Shown piece by piece: positions 61,575-64,000 of a DNA stretch of 64,000 nt. Both the position numbers and the translations under genes were made by a program. The stretch comes from an uncultured virus (IMG/VR IMGVR_UViG_3300035515_000418) (taxonomy: Duplodnaviria > Heunggongvirae > Uroviricota > Caudoviricetes): the IMG/VR virus record IMGVR_UViG_3300035515_000418; one strand, given 5' to 3'. A model generated the notes under the pieces. It saw only the letters and a list, made by a program, of their open reading frames with translations, did no database searches and was not told the origin of the DNA. How positions within the stretch are numbered: position 1 is the first letter of the stretch; every line of letters starts with the position of its first letter.

Positions 61575-62294
61575 TTGGAGAGAAATACTATGAGAGCCAC
61601 AGTGTTTGGTCGTGAAGTAAAATATAATAATCAGGGTGTACTAATGGGAATTAATCTAGGGTTTAACTTTTATGCAGAGCATGAAGCAGGTACTCTTGAA
61701 ATGGTACACAATATAAATTCAGATAACTCAGTAAATATTGATAAAGTACAAAGTGAAAACTTGGGAAAAGTTAAGTCAAATTTAAAGTACAATAAGTTAG
61801 TAAATAAAGACATTCAGGAAGTAAGTAAATGGAAAAATACACCATTTGCTGAATACGTATTAAAACCAAGTGCACCAATGTATTACAGACCAGTAACAAT
61901 TGATAATACAGAGATACAGAAAGAATATACAAATTTCCTGTTAGATAAAGGTGATTACTTTTTATTTATGGTGTCTAAGCAGAGTAACATAGATAGACTT
62001 AAGGAAAGACTTGGTAATAAGAGGAAATTCAGTGAAAAGGATATGTTCTACATGTTAGATTATCAACCAAACACAGGAACAAGTAGTGTAAGTAATTTTT
62101 ATTTTGCAGCTGCATGGGACTCAAGTGGATTTGAACTTCTAATAAAGAGGGGCATAAGGGGCGAGCAGGTAATAGGACTATTGGAATCTGCAATAAAAGG
62201 TGGAAATCTTGCAATAATTCCAGAAGCAGAAGCAATGTTCAATACTGGTAAGGGATGCTTCCTGGTATTATTGAACACAGTATGTAATTCATAA
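61575..62294 (+). CDS. Hypothetical protein
   Basis: 239-aa ORF; the internal ATG about 15 nt downstream is the probable start. Confidence 0.6.
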   Translation: MERNTMRATVFGREVKYNNQGVLMGINLGFNFYAEHEAGTLEMVHNINSDNSVNIDKVQSENLGKVKSNLKYNKLVNKDIQEVSKWKNTPFAEYVLKPSAPMYYRPVTIDNTEIQKEYTNFLLDKGDYFLFMVSKQSNIDRLKERLGNKRKFSEKDMFYMLDYQPNTGTSSVSNFYFAAAWDSSGFELLIKRGIRGEQVIGLLESAIKGGNLAIIPEAEAMFNTGKGCFLVLLNTVCNS

Positions 62295-62601
62295 AGTGCT
62301 TCAGGTTAAAGAAGATAACCAGTTTATGTAGTAGATAAACATATGAATTAAAATAATTAATACATATGGGTTAAAAATGTGATATACCTAAAACTAAAAT
62401 TTTTTGAATTTTTGAAAAAGTATGCATTGGGGTTAAAAATTGGGATGCATTCAACCATACAGTACCAATTTTCAATATCAAAATATTTCAAAAAATTGAT
62501 AAATGAAGTGAACTAGGTCAATATTTGTAATATAGTATTACATCAAAATAAATAGCCAAACTAGTGAGAAAAATAAAATAAAAGAAAGTGAAAAAGAGAA
62601 T

Positions 62602-63354
62602 ATGTTTAATTGGAATCCATGGCATGGATGTCATAAATACTCAGAGGGGTGTAAGAACTGTTACATGTTTGTACTTGATGAGAGACGTGGTGGAAATCCT
62701 AATACAGTAGTACAATCAGCCACAATGTTTGATTATCCAGTACAAAGATGCAAGAATGGAACATACAAGTTCAAAGGTCATTATTTACAGTGCTGTTTCA
62801 CTTCGGACTTCTTTATAGAGGAGGCTGACCAGTGGAGAAATGAAATATGGGCAATGTTGAGAGAACGTAGTGACGTTAAGTTCTTAATATATACAAAGAG
62901 AGTAGAAAGAATGACACAATGTCTTCCACCAGACTGGGGTGAAGGTTGGGACAATGTATTATTTGTTGTAACAACAGAAAATCAGAGACAGGCAGACCAT
63001 AGAATACCAATATTTCTGAGTATACCCTGTAAATGGAGAGGTATAGCAGTATCACCAATGCTAGAACATATAGATATATCAAAATACCTTGAAACAGGTG
63101 AAATAGATGAGGTATTTGTCTGTGGTGAGGGGTATAGTAATACATCAGTAGTTCTTGAATATGACTGGGTGACAGATTTAAGAGAACAGTGTATAAATAA
63201 TAAGGTCAGTTTCTTGTTTAAGGAAACTGGTAACTTCTTAAGAATGAATGGAAAGGTATATAAAATACCTTATGCTAAACAGATAGAACAAGCTGAAAAA
63301 GCAAATATCAATAAAAAATTTGCAAAGAAATTAAGGCAGAAAAGGAACAATTAA
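62602..63354 (+). CDS. DUF5131 (phage Gp37/Gp68) radical-SAM-like protein
   Basis: WNPWHGCHKYSEGCKNCY, SDFF, TKR, ENQ, GE, FKETG. Confidence 0.9.
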   Translation: MFNWNPWHGCHKYSEGCKNCYMFVLDERRGGNPNTVVQSATMFDYPVQRCKNGTYKFKGHYLQCCFTSDFFIEEADQWRNEIWAMLRERSDVKFLIYTKRVERMTQCLPPDWGEGWDNVLFVVTTENQRQADHRIPIFLSIPCKWRGIAVSPMLEHIDISKYLETGEIDEVFVCGEGYSNTSVVLEYDWVTDLREQCINNKVSFLFKETGNFLRMNGKVYKIPYAKQIEQAEKANINKKFAKKLRQKRNN

Positions 63355-63372
63355 AACCAAAGGATAGAATTT

Positions 63373-63894
63373 ATGCTAATTATAAGTAACATATTGGGTG
63401 CCTTGTCAGACGGGCTTTGTGGTGTGTCTGGGCTAGCAAAGACAAAAAGACAAATAATATTAATAAATACAGTATCAAATATATTGGGAATCCTATGTGA
63501 CTTAATAATAGGTGGATATACAGCAGTAACTACACTGGTAATGTCATGTATAGGTGAGTTGCTGAACTATAAGAAAGAAAGAGGTAAGCTTTATAGTACA
63601 GTGTATGTCATAGTATTAATTATAATAAGTACAATATTTAGTACCAATGGCTTAATAGATGCGCTTCCAGTAATAGCAAATGCAGAGTATATAGTTGTAG
63701 TGTCATGTACAAAAGAAACAATACATACAAAAATGGCTTTATTAGTTAATACAATGCTATGGTGTATATTTAATATATCATTTAGATTATATGCTTCAGC
63801 AATAATAGAAATAATATGTATCATAATAATTTTCAGTAAGATAGTCATGTATTATAAGAGTAAGTCATATACAGAAAACTCAGAACTTGATTAA
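63373..63894 (+). CDS. YgjV-like inner membrane protein
   Basis: About 6 TM helices, IDALPVIA motif. Confidence 0.65.
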   Translation: MLIISNILGALSDGLCGVSGLAKTKRQIILINTVSNILGILCDLIIGGYTAVTTLVMSCIGELLNYKKERGKLYSTVYVIVLIIISTIFSTNGLIDALPVIANAEYIVVVSCTKETIHTKMALLVNTMLWCIFNISFRLYASAIIEIICIIIIFSKIVMYYKSKSYTENSELD

Positions 63895-63941
63895 TGATTT
63901 TTCGATTAAAATAAAAATCAAAAGAATTTTTGTCCAATAGG

Positions 63942-63970
63942 TTGACAAAAATTCTGGAATGTGTTAGAAT
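63942..63970 (+). promoter_or_regulatory. Sigma-A promoter, extended -10
   Basis: TTGACA, 17-nt spacer ending in TGn, then TAGAAT. Confidence 0.75.
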
Positions 63971-64000
63971 AGATTTAGAAATTAAGGAAGGAAAGTTGAT

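Noticed and set aside
62295..62601. Possible replication origin (two GGGTTAAAAAT copies; AAACTAGTGAGAA shared with ~39638)
   Set aside because: Too few repeats, no iteron or DnaA-box array, no adjacent initiator; unsupported.
345..63848. All minus-strand ORFs in the track (e.g. 11472..12077, 32939..33445, 41625..42149)
   Set aside because: They are shadows of + strand genes with biased Ser/Leu/Phe/Ile composition and no RBS or motifs.
1..64000. Alternative genetic code (stop-codon reassignment)
   Set aside because: Recognisable proteins are full length in code 11, and TAA, TAG and TGA all serve as stops; the two broken genes are frameshifts.

Overview
An AT-rich 64-kb segment in which about 65 credible genes all lie on the + strand, driven by near-consensus sigma-A promoters. 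It has no ribosomal, core-metabolic or virion structural genes. The content is a mosaic of hypothetical proteins and Clostridia/Lachnospiraceae-like 'host-type' genes (ligA, class A PBP, cheY, GGDEF cyclase, CCA-adding enzyme, Thg1-like, NADAR, TIGR02452 macrodomain, HipA-like kinase). This suggests the accessory region of a jumbo phage or other giant extrachromosomal element of a Bacillota host (inference). The standout locus is 18.0-20.5 kb. A DUF2828/VWA (Ro60/TROVE-like) gene is followed by three tRNA-shaped RNAs whose anticodon loops are replaced by 72-120 nt inserts. Each insert carries the same structured motif: a 7-bp stem, a GU bulge, a distal stem, then NN-AC(A/C)GCAA. A circularly permuted fourth copy sits in the 5' leader of the protein gene, behind two further structured RNA domains. 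This looks like a Ro/Y-RNA-like ribonucleoprotein system built on tRNA scaffolds. Other points of note are a tandemly duplicated DUF4869 plus ATPase-TOPRIM-like module with a homopolymer frameshift, a frameshifted GtrII-like gene, tRNA end-repair enzymes, two de-ADP-ribosylation enzymes and an envelope/signalling toolkit. All family calls come from motif recognition by eye; no database searches were run.
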